A program made the position numbers and the translations under genes. Below, one piece after another: positions 26,654 through 43,100 of a stretch of DNA of 64,000 nucleotides. Origin of the DNA: Hydrurus foetidus. Lineage: Eukaryota. Location: the NCBI GenBank assembly GCA_900617105.1, contig UYFQ01000779.1, positions 62,001-126,000 of the forward strand, in the 5' to 3' direction. The notes beneath the pieces were generated by a model. The model did no database searches. It saw only the letters and a list, made by a program, of their open reading frames with translations, and was not told where the DNA came from. Positions within the stretch are counted from its first letter, which is position 1. Each line of letters starts with the position of its first letter.

Positions 26654-27375
26654 AATTCCATTTTGCCTTTTTCCAATAATATGGAATGTTCTTAATTATA
26701 AAAGCATTTGCTAATTTATATCTTAAACAATTTGTTATCAATAAAACCAATGTGATGTTTAACTACTTCTACAGGTTGTGTGGAATCCAGTTTCTCTAAC
26801 ACCTTCTATTATTAGCACTTCATTTTCACTTGAGATGAATGTAAATGTAAAAGGAAGTGGCCCTGCAAATTTTCTAGCTTCTTTCCAATCTTTAAAGGAG
26901 AATTTGTTGGCAGAGCTATATCATCAGTTTTATTATTTACGATTACATTAATATCAGATTTTTGATATTATTTGTAAATTATGCTCACTTTTTTTAAAAG
27001 CAATATCTGTTTGCAGATAATTGTATGCGTAAAAATATTGCCTAAAAAAGCCATCTTCTTTTATCTGTTTCAGACTTTAAGATATATAGACCTCGTAGTC
27101 TTTTTTCCATTTCTATTTGTATATCTCACAAATGATTTACAAACCAATTAACATAAAATTTGTTACCCATAAACGCAGAAATCCTTTTTGAGGTCTAAGG
27201 TCTTTTGTTTTTACACCCTACTGCTCCCTATCCGCTCCTAAAAATATCATTATATATCTAACTCTAAAATTAGTACTTAAGAATTATAGTCTTAACGCAG
27301 CAGCATGTAGAGAGGTACCAAAGAGCTCTCGAAAAAGCCTCAGCTTGGCGAATGGATGATTCTTTAATGAAGCAT
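26641..27375 (-). CDS. DUF2071 (YqjF-like) protein
   Basis: LKNHPF...FFESSL, LRP.G..AFMGN, RLRGLYILKSETD, WKEARKFAGPLPFTF. The 5' half is very error-rich. Confidence 0.78.
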
Positions 27376-27384
27376 ATTAGATTT

Positions 27385-27760
27385 GCTTTTGTTAATTACT
27401 AAATTGGTGGGCATAGATTGTGGCAATAAAAATAGCAGCAAAAGATCATTTAAATCTACCTTGAATAATAATAAATCTGGCACTGCAAAAACTCTATAAT
27501 ATTCATTGTTGTTGCAATAATTATCATTTTGCAAGGAAACGGCACACAGTTTAAGGTTTGATTTTACTGACAATCCATACAACATCAGCTTACTTCTAGA
27601 AATACCTATTGTTTTAGTAAATAATACATAATCATTACCACAAATTCTAGATACAATTTCTTGGTGTCGAGGAACAAAATTTAGCACCTTACAAAACAAA
27701 CCATTAATTAGCCATACAAAAGCAATGAAATTAAAACCAATTTATGAGTTTGTGGGTTAT
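27385..27760 (-). CDS. DoxX-like family membrane protein
   Basis: VWLINGLFCKVLNFVPRHQEIVSRI, ATMNIIEF..VPDLLLF. Confidence 0.8.
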
Positions 27761-27780
27761 ATTGATATAGAGTTAAAAAA

Positions 27781-29721
27781 TTACTGAACACGTTTTAATC
27801 TTAATTTGTTGAATTGGAGCAACGATTAATAGGAATTTTTCTACTGTAACATTGCTGGCATGAGCCCAAACCACGCTCTTCTGAGGCTTATTTCTTTTAA
27901 CCAAAAGTATAATTTCATTATTACTCTTTCAATAAATGGCAATTCATTATCGACTTAAAAATTTCTCTAATACCACAAATTGAAAATCTCCTGTAACATT
28001 ATTTTTTCTAAACTTTCATAACGGCTTGTAATATCTACTTCTTTGTTTGCCATTAAATCTTGCACTACTTTTTTAAACATTAGGTTTTATTTTTGTTCAA
28101 CTCTAAAACCTAATCTAAACTCAACTCTAATAACATCGTTGGCAACAATGTGGTCAACAGTATATTCACAAGTATTAGGTTCATCTAAAACATCTACGTG
28201 AACAAAACCAATAAATATCGGCACGTTTGGTTTTTTGTTTAAGATAGAATAGATGATTTTGTGTTCAATCTCCTTGCTATTATTTGCACTAGTCATATAG
28301 ACCAAATGTGTTGCATACTTAGCAATTGTTGTGTCCTCACTTAGTTCCTTCATTTGTGTAACATAATGTTGCAAACGAACAAATTCAACATATCTATTTT
28401 TAATTTTTCTACTTCTAAACCATACATACATTACAGCAAATAATCCCCACCAACAATTACAGCAATAAAACCACCGTGTGGAAACATCTAAATTAGCTAT
28501 CAAAAGAAATTTCAATGGCTAAATAAACCACTAAACACATATACCAAAGCAGATTTTATTTGATTGACTTACTAAAAATTTGCAAATAAAAATAGACGTG
28601 CTAATCATGCAAAGTAATAGCCAAACCATACGCAGCCTCCATATTAGACGAACTTTTGAAGTATAAAACAATCCCAACACAACCTGCATAAAGCATCCAA
28701 TTTATACCTCTAATATAAGTTTGTCCTTTTCATCCGTTGGAAAAGATACTTTTAATTTGGGCCATAAATTCAAACGCATTGCTTCTGCAATAAGCGTAAA
28801 CAGACCAGTGATTAAAGCCGACTTACAATAACTGCAGCAACTGTTGCAATTATGATTCTATCAATTTAAACTCTTGTTACTCCATAAAAGGATTAAAGCC
28901 TCGTTTACCATTGCTTCTGTAACTTTTGTACGGCTTGACATTTATATTGTGGTTGGAATGCAAGCACCTTGCCCCAAATAATTTATTACTAAACAAATTT
29001 TACAAAATCCAACTGTAACGAATATTGTTTTACCACAATGTCCTAAATCGCTATACAAAGCTTCGGCTCCTGTTGTACATAAAATACAGCTCCCATTATC
29101 CAAAATCCTTTGGGATAATGCACTAATAAATCATAAGCATAATAAGGATTGAAGCTTTAAAAATACCAAGGTCAATATGCATAAAACCCAATACAGCTAG
29201 CATTATAAACCATATTCCCATTAAAGGGCCAAATAGTTTTCCTATAGAAGTTGTTGTTCCAAATTGTTGTAGTAAAAATTACGGTTAAAATACCGATAAC
29301 GATATAAACAATTATCGGGCTTCCTTCGTGAATATGGAAATGTGGCAATTGCTTTGAACCTTCAACAGCCGATGTAACAGATATTGGAGGCGTAATCATT
29401 CCATCTGCTAAAAGTGCTGCACCACCTAGCATTGCAGGTATTACAAGCCATTTTTTTCTTCGTCTTACTAAGGCATATAAACTAAAAATTCCACCTTCAC
29501 CTTGTTATCAGCTTGCAGCGTTAGAATAACATATTTGAAAGTTGTTTGTAAGTAAGTGTCCAAATAATACACGACAACCCACCTAAAATAAGTTGTTCTG
29601 TAATAATTTTATCTTTGATAATTGCATTGAGAACGTAAAGGGAGAAGTTCCAATATCGCCATAAATAATTCCTAATGCAATAACTAGTCCTGCTGCTGAA
29701 CCCTGTTGATATGCTTGCCAC
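27781..29721 (-). CDS. kup: KUP/HAK/KT potassium transporter
   Basis: [59 protein letters not shown]. Confidence 0.92.
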
Positions 29722-29915
29722 AAAAGTGAAGTTGGTTGAGAAATAAAGTACAAATGTATATAGCAAAACAATGATTGTAAAGATTATTTTGTATAAACAA
29801 TAATTGCTGCTGCCCTTTATGTAAACAAACCAAAACTTTCATCCATATAGTTTTGGAAGTTGGTTGTGTGATTAGCACTACTTTGAATAACGATTTTATG
29901 TTTAACTTTAGATAT

Positions 29916-31413
29916 ATGAAGAAGATAGTTTTTATTTAATTACAATGATTTTTGCTCTTCAATTTTGCACAAAAATTATTTACACTGAGCCTGATAGAGA
30001 CGACGCCCGTGATATGAAATATGAAGTGATTAGAAGTTAATGGAAAATTCTTGGTTTATAAAAGCATCTCAAAGCACCCATTACATTAGTGTTTTGATGG
30101 AGAAATGAAACTGCTTGTAAACAAAAATTGGATTATTTAACCGATAGGGTTTTAATGTTGATTTTGTGAAATATCCAGATTTCGCATATTTATTTTATCA
30201 ATATCAAAAAGAAACATCATCTATTGTATGGCTGCAAAATTGATGCCGATGGGAAAAAAATAGGCGAAGTAATACAGTTAGATACAACGGACTCAAGAGA
30301 AATTCAAAATAACAAAATTTATTCTTTTGTTCAAAGTGCAGACAAGCAAAAAATTGTTTTCTTCAAGATAAACACAATGGATAGCAGAATTCATTACATC
30401 ACAACCCTTTTGTTTGATAATAATCTTACACTTATTAATAAATCATCTGAGGCTGTTTTAATGGGTAATCGAAATAGTTATTTAACTGCATTTGAAGTGG
30501 ATAATAAAGGCAATTTTGCCTTTTAAATGCAACTAGCAGTAGTGGCAACGATAACATCAGCAAACTTGTGTTAATTACAAAAGAACCTAACACACCTTTC
30601 AAATACTACGATATTAAAAGCTAGAAAATGTCTTTTTAGATGAATTGAAGATAAAAGCAGACAATATAAACAACCAATATTTACTAACCTCTTTTATTGC
30701 AATAAACGTCGTGGAGATGTTCAAGGTGTTTATGTAAGCATTTGGGACAATATCAACAATAAAGAAAAAGTCTCAACAATAACTGCTTTTGACGATGAGT
30801 TTAGAAGTGATGCAAAGGAGATGCCTCTGTTAAGGCAGCATTTAACGATTATTTTTTAAAGATATAGTAGCTAAAAGATGGAGGGTTTTGGCTGTTGCAG
30901 AATGTGCATACACAAGTACAAGAGGAGGAAATAATTTAAACAGATGGGATTATTTTAATAATTCTCCTGGGTTTAGTTCAGAGGGTTTTATTCGATGAAC
31001 TCACCAGGATTCAGTACTTATCCTTGGTCGCGATATGGAACAACAACTGGTATTACAAGATATTATGCTGATAATGTTGCAGTAATTAGTTTTGATTCTA
31101 CTGGAAAAATTCAATGGAGCAATGTTGTTCGTAAATCTCAATTTGATGACGATGTAGATGCTTTTATTGGCTTTGGAATGTTTAATGCAGGCAATCAAAT
31201 TAAAATTTTATTCAATTTGTTAGAAAGAGGGCAACGAATTTTAAACGAACAAAGTATAACACCCGATGGTCAAATAATTAGAAGTTCAACACTAAAAGGC
31301 TTAGATAAAGGATATGATTTTATGCCACGAAATGCTAAGCAAGTTGCAGCTAGACAAATAATAGTTCCCTGTATGTTGCGTACTTTTCTTTGTTTTGCAA
31401 AATTGATTATTAA
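29916..31413 (+). CDS. Conserved secreted hypothetical protein (~500 aa)
   Basis: Signal peptide; WSNVVRKSQFDDD; GYDFMPR.AKQV...IVPC; long ORF pieces at 30224 and 30995. Confidence 0.75.
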
Positions 31414-31418
31414 ACACA

Positions 31419-32389
31419 GTGATTTCCATTTTTAGAGATAAATCTATTATTGCCATTTTGGCCTGGTATTATGTGCCTTACTAATACACCTGCACATTTT
31501 ACTGTTCCTGTGGCTATAAAGGCAGATACAGATTCTGGTGTATTCTCTTGGGTTCTAAAACATACCTAACAAGGCTACAGCCTTTTGTTATCAACGCCAT
31601 CTACATTGCTCTATTGCTATTACAATCAATTCGTTTGAATATTGTATTGAATGATAGCAAAATGTTTAATAAGTCTGGATTTACAACAGGGTTTGCATAC
31701 ATATTATTATCAGGAATGCTAATCAATGCCTATGCCTTAACACCAGCATTGCTAACCATAAGTTTAATAATATTAGTTCTAAAAATGCATTTTCACTTTA
31801 CAACAACCCATCAGCAAAAGGATTAATTTTAATATCGGATTTATAGGCACGTTAAGCGTTATTTGTTATCATCCAAGTATTTTATTATTAGTTGCAGTAA
31901 TGTTTGCACTTGGAATACTCCGTGCTTTTAGACCAGCAGAATGGTTGATTTTATTATTTGGAATGATAGCCCCGGCCTACTTGTTATTATCTGGACTTTT
32001 CTTTTTGACAAGATGAACTTGCTAACAATGTTTTTGCCCAAAGTTCATTTCGCCGTTTCAATAGCAAAAGACCCTTGGTATTGGTTCAATTTGTCAACAA
32101 TTGTTGTTTTAGTAGTTGCAGGATTAATTCTATGGTATCCAAATAGCAACAGAATGGTTATTCAAACAAGAAAAACTGGGTTGTGATGCTTGTTTTATCA
32201 TTGTTGCTTTTGTTGGGTTTGTTTGCTTTTAATGCCAATAACCAGTTTCCAGAAATTTTATGTTTGGTTCCTATGGCTGCATTTCTCTCAAATTATTTTC
32301 TTTATACCCGAAGATCTATACTTGCTAATTTGTTAGTTTTAGTGTCTGTTGCTGTAGTCGTGCATCACCATTTACAACTAATAAAGTAA
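31419..32389 (+). CDS. DUF6427 family membrane protein
   Basis: VISIFRDK, LQSIRLN, R.FRPAEW, RMVIQTRK.W; polytopic. Confidence 0.7.
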
Positions 32390-32541
32390 TTTTTGTTGGA
32401 TTATACACATTTCAAAGAGATTTATATTTATCTAAACCATTAAATTCAATAAGGAATTTACAATATCTCAACCAGAAAATATTTGTCTAAGGTTTTTGCT
32501 GAAACCACAAAATTCAATTTGTCTATATTATCCACATTCCC

Positions 32542-32549
32542 TACTTTTG
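32542..32549 (+). promoter_or_regulatory. Bacteroidota sigma-A -7 box (TACTTTTG), probable rpoC promoter
   Basis: Exact TAnnTTTG match with a TTTG element at 32518-32521; about 235 nt upstream of the rpoC ATG. Confidence 0.55.
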
Positions 32550-32769
32550 CACACTCTAAATTTGGTTAGTAGTATCTTTTTTCAAAATGGGTTAAACTTC
32601 CTTTTATTCAATGTAATAAAATGAGTGCCTTTACGTCTTAAAGGCAATATAAAAATAAGTCATTCAAACCCCAAGCTACAAAGAACTACAAGCCAATAAA
32701 TGAAATTGAATACATTTGATTTTATTGCTATACTATTTAGTAATAAATGGGTTCTTTATAAATATTTAA

Positions 32770-37051
<4,282 letters not shown>

Positions 37052-37071
37052 TTTCATTTTGATAAAATAAT

Positions 37072-37102
37072 AAAAAGCCCTCGAATTTTCGAGGGTTTTT
37101 TT
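37072..37102 (+). terminator. Intrinsic terminator after rpoC
   Basis: AAAAAGCCCTCGAA-TT-TTCGAGGGTTTTTTT. Confidence 0.88.
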
Positions 37103-37207
37103 ATTTCCACAATGTTAAAGTTTTACAAAATTGCGAAGTAATAACTAACAAAATAGTCAGTTCTCATCTGCATCATTAACTTCGTTACAAATTAATAAAA
37201 CTGCAAG

Positions 37208-37463
37208 ATGAATCTTTTGTTACTGGACTGTTGAATGATATGGACGATGTTGATTTAAAAGAAATGTTTGAGTTGTATGGAGAAGTAAAATCTGCCAAGG
37301 TTATTATGGATAAGTTTACTAATAAAACACGTGGTTTTGGTTTTGTAGATATGCCTAATGACGAAGAAGCAAAGCTACAATCAACTTACTAAATGGAGTT
37401 AAATTAGGCAGAAAACAGATGTCTGTTCAAATGGCAGAACCTCAAACAAACTCTAGACGCTAG
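37208..37463 (+). CDS. RRM (RNP-1) RNA-binding protein
   Basis: LKEMFELYGEVKSAKVIMDKFT.KTRGFGFVDM. Confidence 0.9.
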
Positions 37464-37469
37464 TTAATA

Positions 37470-37965
37470 TTATTTCTTAGCATTATCACTTTCTAACCTA
37501 AGTCCATTTGCTACAGCGAATTTCTTTTGTGCAGATAATACTTCCTCGGTAATAGTTTGTCTTCTGCTAACAATGGTTTGCAATTCTTCTACCTTAAGAT
37601 TTCTTGCTTCATCAGTTGTTGCTTTACCATAACTTTCATAAGTAGTGTATGCACTTTTCATAAATGCAAAATATCTTAAATAAGCGGCTTTGAAATTTTC
37701 TGCTTCGGCAATATCTGGTGTGTGCAAAGCCTTAATTTCATCTATTGCTTTTGTATTTTTGAGCCATTTTCTCTCCAGCAATACTAATGCTATCATATTG
37801 TTGATGTTCAAAAATATTTTCCAATTTTCTCTTCAGTAATTGTAATATCTGGCAATAATACTTGTTCCTTTTTACAATTTCTTGATTAAAATTTAAAGCA
37901 ATTTTAGTTTTACAAGAGACAAATGTTAGTGCAAGCAATAATACGATTAATGACTTTCTAAGCAT
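37470..37965 (-). CDS. Helical hypothetical lipoprotein
   Basis: Lipobox-like LTFVS-C in the signal peptide; two joined ORFs. Confidence 0.7.
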
Positions 37966-38070
37966 AATTGATACTTTGAGTTAGTTTGATGATTTTGTAC
38001 TTCAAATGTAATTATATAATTTGCTAGAGCAAGTAATTATTTAGAAACCAACTACATTTCAACTATCATT

Positions 38071-39224
38071 TTATTTTTGTATGATATGAAATAGTTTAAT
38101 GCTTAATGCTTGAAAAAGCATTTTGCCATTAGCATTTCTTTCAATATAATAACTAGCTTTATCTAGCTCTTCAACCATTGCTTCTTGTTGGCTAACACTT
38201 GCAATTTTATTAAGTCTTTGTGCAAAATCTTTCTCGTTTTCTGGCAACATTACATTCTCAACACCCAATACTTTTATTCTGATACTTTGCTGTAATAAAT
38301 GATTAAAATATCTCAGGAATTGCTTTTGCTTTTCCCTTCCAATTTTGCTTATCTCATCAACCCATTTTACTTGCTCTGGTAACATTTTTCTAATGATAAA
38401 TTTCAGCCAATCTTTTGCAAGGCTTTGCCAGTCTTCTTCGCTGTGTTGCAGCAAATGCAATGCTTCATGATAGTTCCCTTCACTAATTCCTGCAATTTGT
38501 CTAGCGAGTTCAGCTGGTACATTGGCTCTTTCAATTAGTGCTTTTTCTATATCACTTGTTTGTAGTTGAGGAACTTTTACTAACTGACATCTACTTAGTA
38601 TAGTTTGCAATACCAATTCTTCATTTTCTGCAACTAAAATAAATAAAGTATTTGCAGGAGGTTCTTCAATAAGTTTTAATAGCTTGTTACCCTCTTTACC
38701 CAAATATTCTGGCATCCAAAGCACCAACACTTTATACTCAGCTTCGTAAGGTTTAAGACTTAATTTTCTAATAATATCATTGCATTCATCAGCAGTAATA
38801 TTACCTTGCTTGTTTTCTGCATTGATGGATTGCAACCAATCATAAGCATTAGCATAAGGGCAATTTTACAAACTCTCTAAAGTCAGCAATATAATCTGCA
38901 CTGGTTGGTTTTTCGCCAGCTTTTCTTGGAATCACCGGAAAAGAAAATGCAAATCAGATGAATTAATTGTTCTGCTCTTTGTTTTGCAGCATTCATTTCA
39001 TCTTCACTATGGCCTGGCAAAGCACTCATTCCCCCAAACAAATCTTCAACAACGGGTGCAGCTTTGGGTTGACAAACCACATATTTGGCAAACTCAATAG
39101 CTAAAGGCAAAGCACCGCTTCCTTCTTTTCCTAAAAATTAAAGCGTGGCTCAACCTATTATGCTGTACCATATCTTTCAAATGTGCTTTCACAGTTTCTG
39201 CCCTATAGCATTGTTCCAATTCAT
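38071..39224 (-). CDS. holB: DNA polymerase III subunit delta'
   Basis: RLSHA..FLGKEGSGALPLA, GNKLLKLIEEPP, TILSRCQ, YYIERNAN.K. Confidence 0.88.
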
Positions 39225-39370
39225 TATTGCAAATAAACAATTTTAGAGGCGAAGATTTAAAGATTTATTATTTGAAGATTTGCAGATTTATTGTTCCTTA
39301 AATCATTTCGCAAAGTTAGGATTTCTTTAATTTCGAATCAAAATTGTACTCATTACTTTAAATAAAACGT

Positions 39371-40029
39371 ATGCTGCAACCATCAACGATTAAATTTATT
39401 AAAAATTTAAAAAGAATAATACCAAAGAATGGTTTGATGCCAATAGAAAATATATGAAATGGCTAAAGCAGATTTTTAAATTTAACAGAAGCCGTTTTAA
39501 AAGGCATTGCTGCTAAAGATGAAACGCTGGCTCATTTAGAAGCAAAAATGTGTATTTAGAATCAATAGAGATGTTCGATTCAGCAAAGATAAAAGCCCAT
39601 ATAAAACCAATATGGGAATGAGTATTAGCAAAGGAGGAAAGTCAGCAATGAGTGCTGGTTACTATTTTCATTTAGAGCCAGGAACTTGTTTTATTGGCGG
39701 CGGAATTTATATGCCAATGCCAGATGAGGTTAAAAATTCGTCAGGAAATTGACTATAACTGGGATGAGTTTAAAAAATAATTACCTCCAAGAAGTTTACT
39801 GCAACTTTTGGTGACCTGACAAAGTCTGCCGAGTATTCATTGGTTCGCCCACCAAAGGCTACGATGACACCAATCCTGCCATTGATTATATTAAACTGAA
39901 GAGCTGGATTGCTAGCACTTCTTTGCAAGACGCAGAACTAACGGATAAGAATTTAGTAAATAAGATTGTGGATGTTTTTGAAGTAATGAAACCATTCATT
40001 GATTTTTGAATAGAGGAATTGAGAGTTAA
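39371..40029 (+). CDS. DUF2461 family protein (TIGR02453)
   Basis: NN.KEWFDAN, FRINRDVRFSKDKSPYK, GYYFHLEPG. Confidence 0.9.
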
Positions 40030-40126
40030 AATTTAACAAAACTTTATTTCTTCCATTCCATAAACATTTCTTTACTTTATATCGGCAAATATTAAAGCCA
40101 CTAACTTCTCAACAATCCCAACAAAT

Positions 40127-43100
40127 ATGGAATCTCTCAAACGCCTGCCAATCTTAGTATTGGCTTTATCAGTATGTGTATTATCTATTAGTTTTTCATC
40201 TTGCAAAGAAAAATTAATTCAGGTTGACCTGAATTCAGTAAGTATATCGATGCATATACTTCTGGAGTTGTTTCTAAAAAACATCCATTAAAATTCAACT
40301 GGCAACAGATGCGGCTGCCACCCACACTGTCAATGAAAACATCAAAGAAACATTGTTTGAGTTTTCTCCTGCTGTGGAAGGAAAAGCATTTTGGGTGGAT
40401 GCAAGAACCATAGAATTTAAACCAAACAAAGATTTGGATATTGATAAGCTGTATGACGTGGAGTTTAAGCTCAGCAAGGTTTTGAATGTTCCTAAGAAAT
40501 TTAAAGAATTTAGATTTAATGTTCAGACAGCTAAACCATCCTTTCAGATAAATGATAATGGTTTACGCGGTTTAGGGAAAGAATCAATGATACTGACAGG
40601 CGAAATTGTTACTGCCGATGTGGAAGAAAGTAAAAGGTGGAAAGCATTTTATCGGCATCTGTTAATACCGCAAACCTTGCTATTAAATGGCAGCACAACG
40701 AGGCTAATAAAACCCATAGTTATACCATAGAAAATATTAAAGAACAGCATCAGCTGGTAGTTTGGTGCTGAAGTGGGATGGTGCTTCGATTAACGCAAAT
40801 ATCAAAGACCAGAAAGAAATTTCAATTCCTGCTATTGGCGATTTTAAAGTAATGGACATTAAAGTGGTGCAGGAACAGGAGCAATATGCTTTAGTGCAGT
40901 TTAGTGACCCGCTAATGATTGGTCAGCAACTTGAAGGCTTAATCAGTATCAGCCAGCAGGAGAATCTTAGCTATACCATACTGGGCAGCGAAGTAAAAGT
41001 ATATGCCAGTGGTAAACTGGATGGTGGTTATACTGCCACGGTTTTAGAAGGCATTCAAAATATGTGGGCGATAAATTAACAAAAGCATTCACCTCTCAAA
41101 TCTTTTCGAGAATCGCCTGCCATCTGTTAAAATCCACGGTAAGGGCGTGATATTACCCAACAGCGGCGGCAAGATTTTATTGCCGTTTGAAGCAACCAAT
41201 CTAAAGGCTGTTGATGTTAGTATTATTAAAGTGTATGAAAATAATATTCCTCAGTTCTTTCAGAATAATAAAATGGATGGGGATGATAATTTAAGAAGAG
41301 TGGCTCGTCCAACCGTGCAGGCTACAGTTAAACTGGATGAAGACAAGAGTTTGAATATGCACAAGAAAAACAAATTCTCACTCGACCTGGACAAATACAT
41401 TAAAACCGAACCGGGGCTATCTATCATATCACCATTGGTCAGACCATCCTATTCCTTATATACCTGCACCACCAAACTCGAGGGTGAAGATGACAACAGT
41501 AATAACGATGAGGGTGAAGATGAATATGGTTATGGCAGAGATCAAAATGTAGACGACGATGATGCTTTCTGGCGTAGATATGATAGCTATTATCCTTATG
41601 GATATAACTGGGAACAAAGAGACAATCCCTGCAGCAAAGCTTATTACAATAAAGAAAGATTTGCATCAAGAAATATTCTGGCAACTAATATTGGCTTAAC
41701 TGCAAAGCGTGGCAGTAATAATAGTATGATGGTGGCAGCAAACAATATCATCAATACCGAACCAATGGCTGGTGTTGAATTACAGGCATTGGATTATCAG
41801 CAACAAATCATTGGTAAGGGTAGCACCAACAGTGATGGCATTGCGATGCTTGAATTAAAAAGAAAACCCTATTTACTTGTTGCAAAAAGGAAACGAGAAA
41901 AGTTATTTAAGATTAGATGATGGTAGCAGTTTACCATTGGCGAGATTTAATATTGATGGAGCACAGGTGAAAATGGTATCAAAGGTTTTGTATTTGGAGA
42001 ACGTGGTGTATGGAGACCTGGCGATAGTTTGTTCTTGGTTGCATCATTGAAGATAAAGAAAAGAAACTACCTGCAGGTCATCCTGTAGAAATGGAATTGA
42101 TTTCTCCGAGAGGTCAGTTGTATAAACGATTGGTTACACCAAATGCTGAAGATGGATACAATGTATTTAGAACTGCAACAGATGCAAATGCTCCAACAGG
42201 AAACTGGCTATGTAAAGTAAAAGTGGGCGGTGCTGTGTTTGAAAAACAATCAAGATAGAAACTGTAATGCCTAACAGGCTTAAGATTGATTTAAATTTTG
42301 GCGATGCAAAAGCTCTAGGAAAAAACGTTACAACTCAGGAACACTTTCTGCAAAATGGTTATTTGGAGCCGATGCCCAGAATTTAAAAGCAAGAGTGGAT
42401 GCCCAACTTTATAGAAAGAACACCACTTTTGAAAAGTACACTGATTATGAGTTTGACAATCCTGTTTCATCTTTTTCATCTCAGTCAAAACAATATTTGA
42501 TGGAAGTTTAAATGAAAAGGAGTTGCTGCCATTAGTCCACAGTTTGAAGCTGGAAATGATGCACCCGGTATGTTGTTAGCCAATTTGATGGTGAAGGTAT
42601 TTGAACCTGGAGGTAATTTCAGTATGGATAATATCAGCTTTCCATATCATCCTTATTCGTCATACATTGGATTAAAATACCGAGGAAACCAGTGGCTGGG
42701 GTTATTTGCAAAACAATAAAACCTATGCCCTACAACTGGTTGATGTAAACACAAACGGAATAGCAACCAATGGCAATACTGATGTGGAAGTGCAGTTGTA
42801 TAAAATTCAATGGAGATGGTGGTGGGACAGAAGTGAAGATGATTTCAGCAACTTTACTCAGATGAATACAACAAACTCATTAAAAAGAAACGCACAGTAT
42901 TGCTGCTGGTAAAGGGTGTATAATTTGAAACTAACAGCAGCCGATTACGGTCGTTATTTGATTTTGTTTAAAGACACAAGAAGTGGACACACTACTGGTA
43001 AATCTTTTTATGTTGATGACTATGCACACCAGAGCTATGCCGAACAAAATGATGCATCTTCTATAGCAATGCTATCTTTCACATCAGACAAGGCAAAATA

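Noticed and set aside
27180..27375. Apparent non-coding insert or ncRNA between the DoxX-like and DUF2071 genes
   Set aside because: The minus strand still gives LKNHPF...FFESSL...KTKDLRP, the DUF2071 N-terminus. It is just a very error-rich stretch.
41480..41580. GAT/GAC-rich low-complexity tract
   Set aside because: It encodes the acidic loop (EGEDDNSNNDEGEDEY) of the macroglobulin and is not a separate repeat element.
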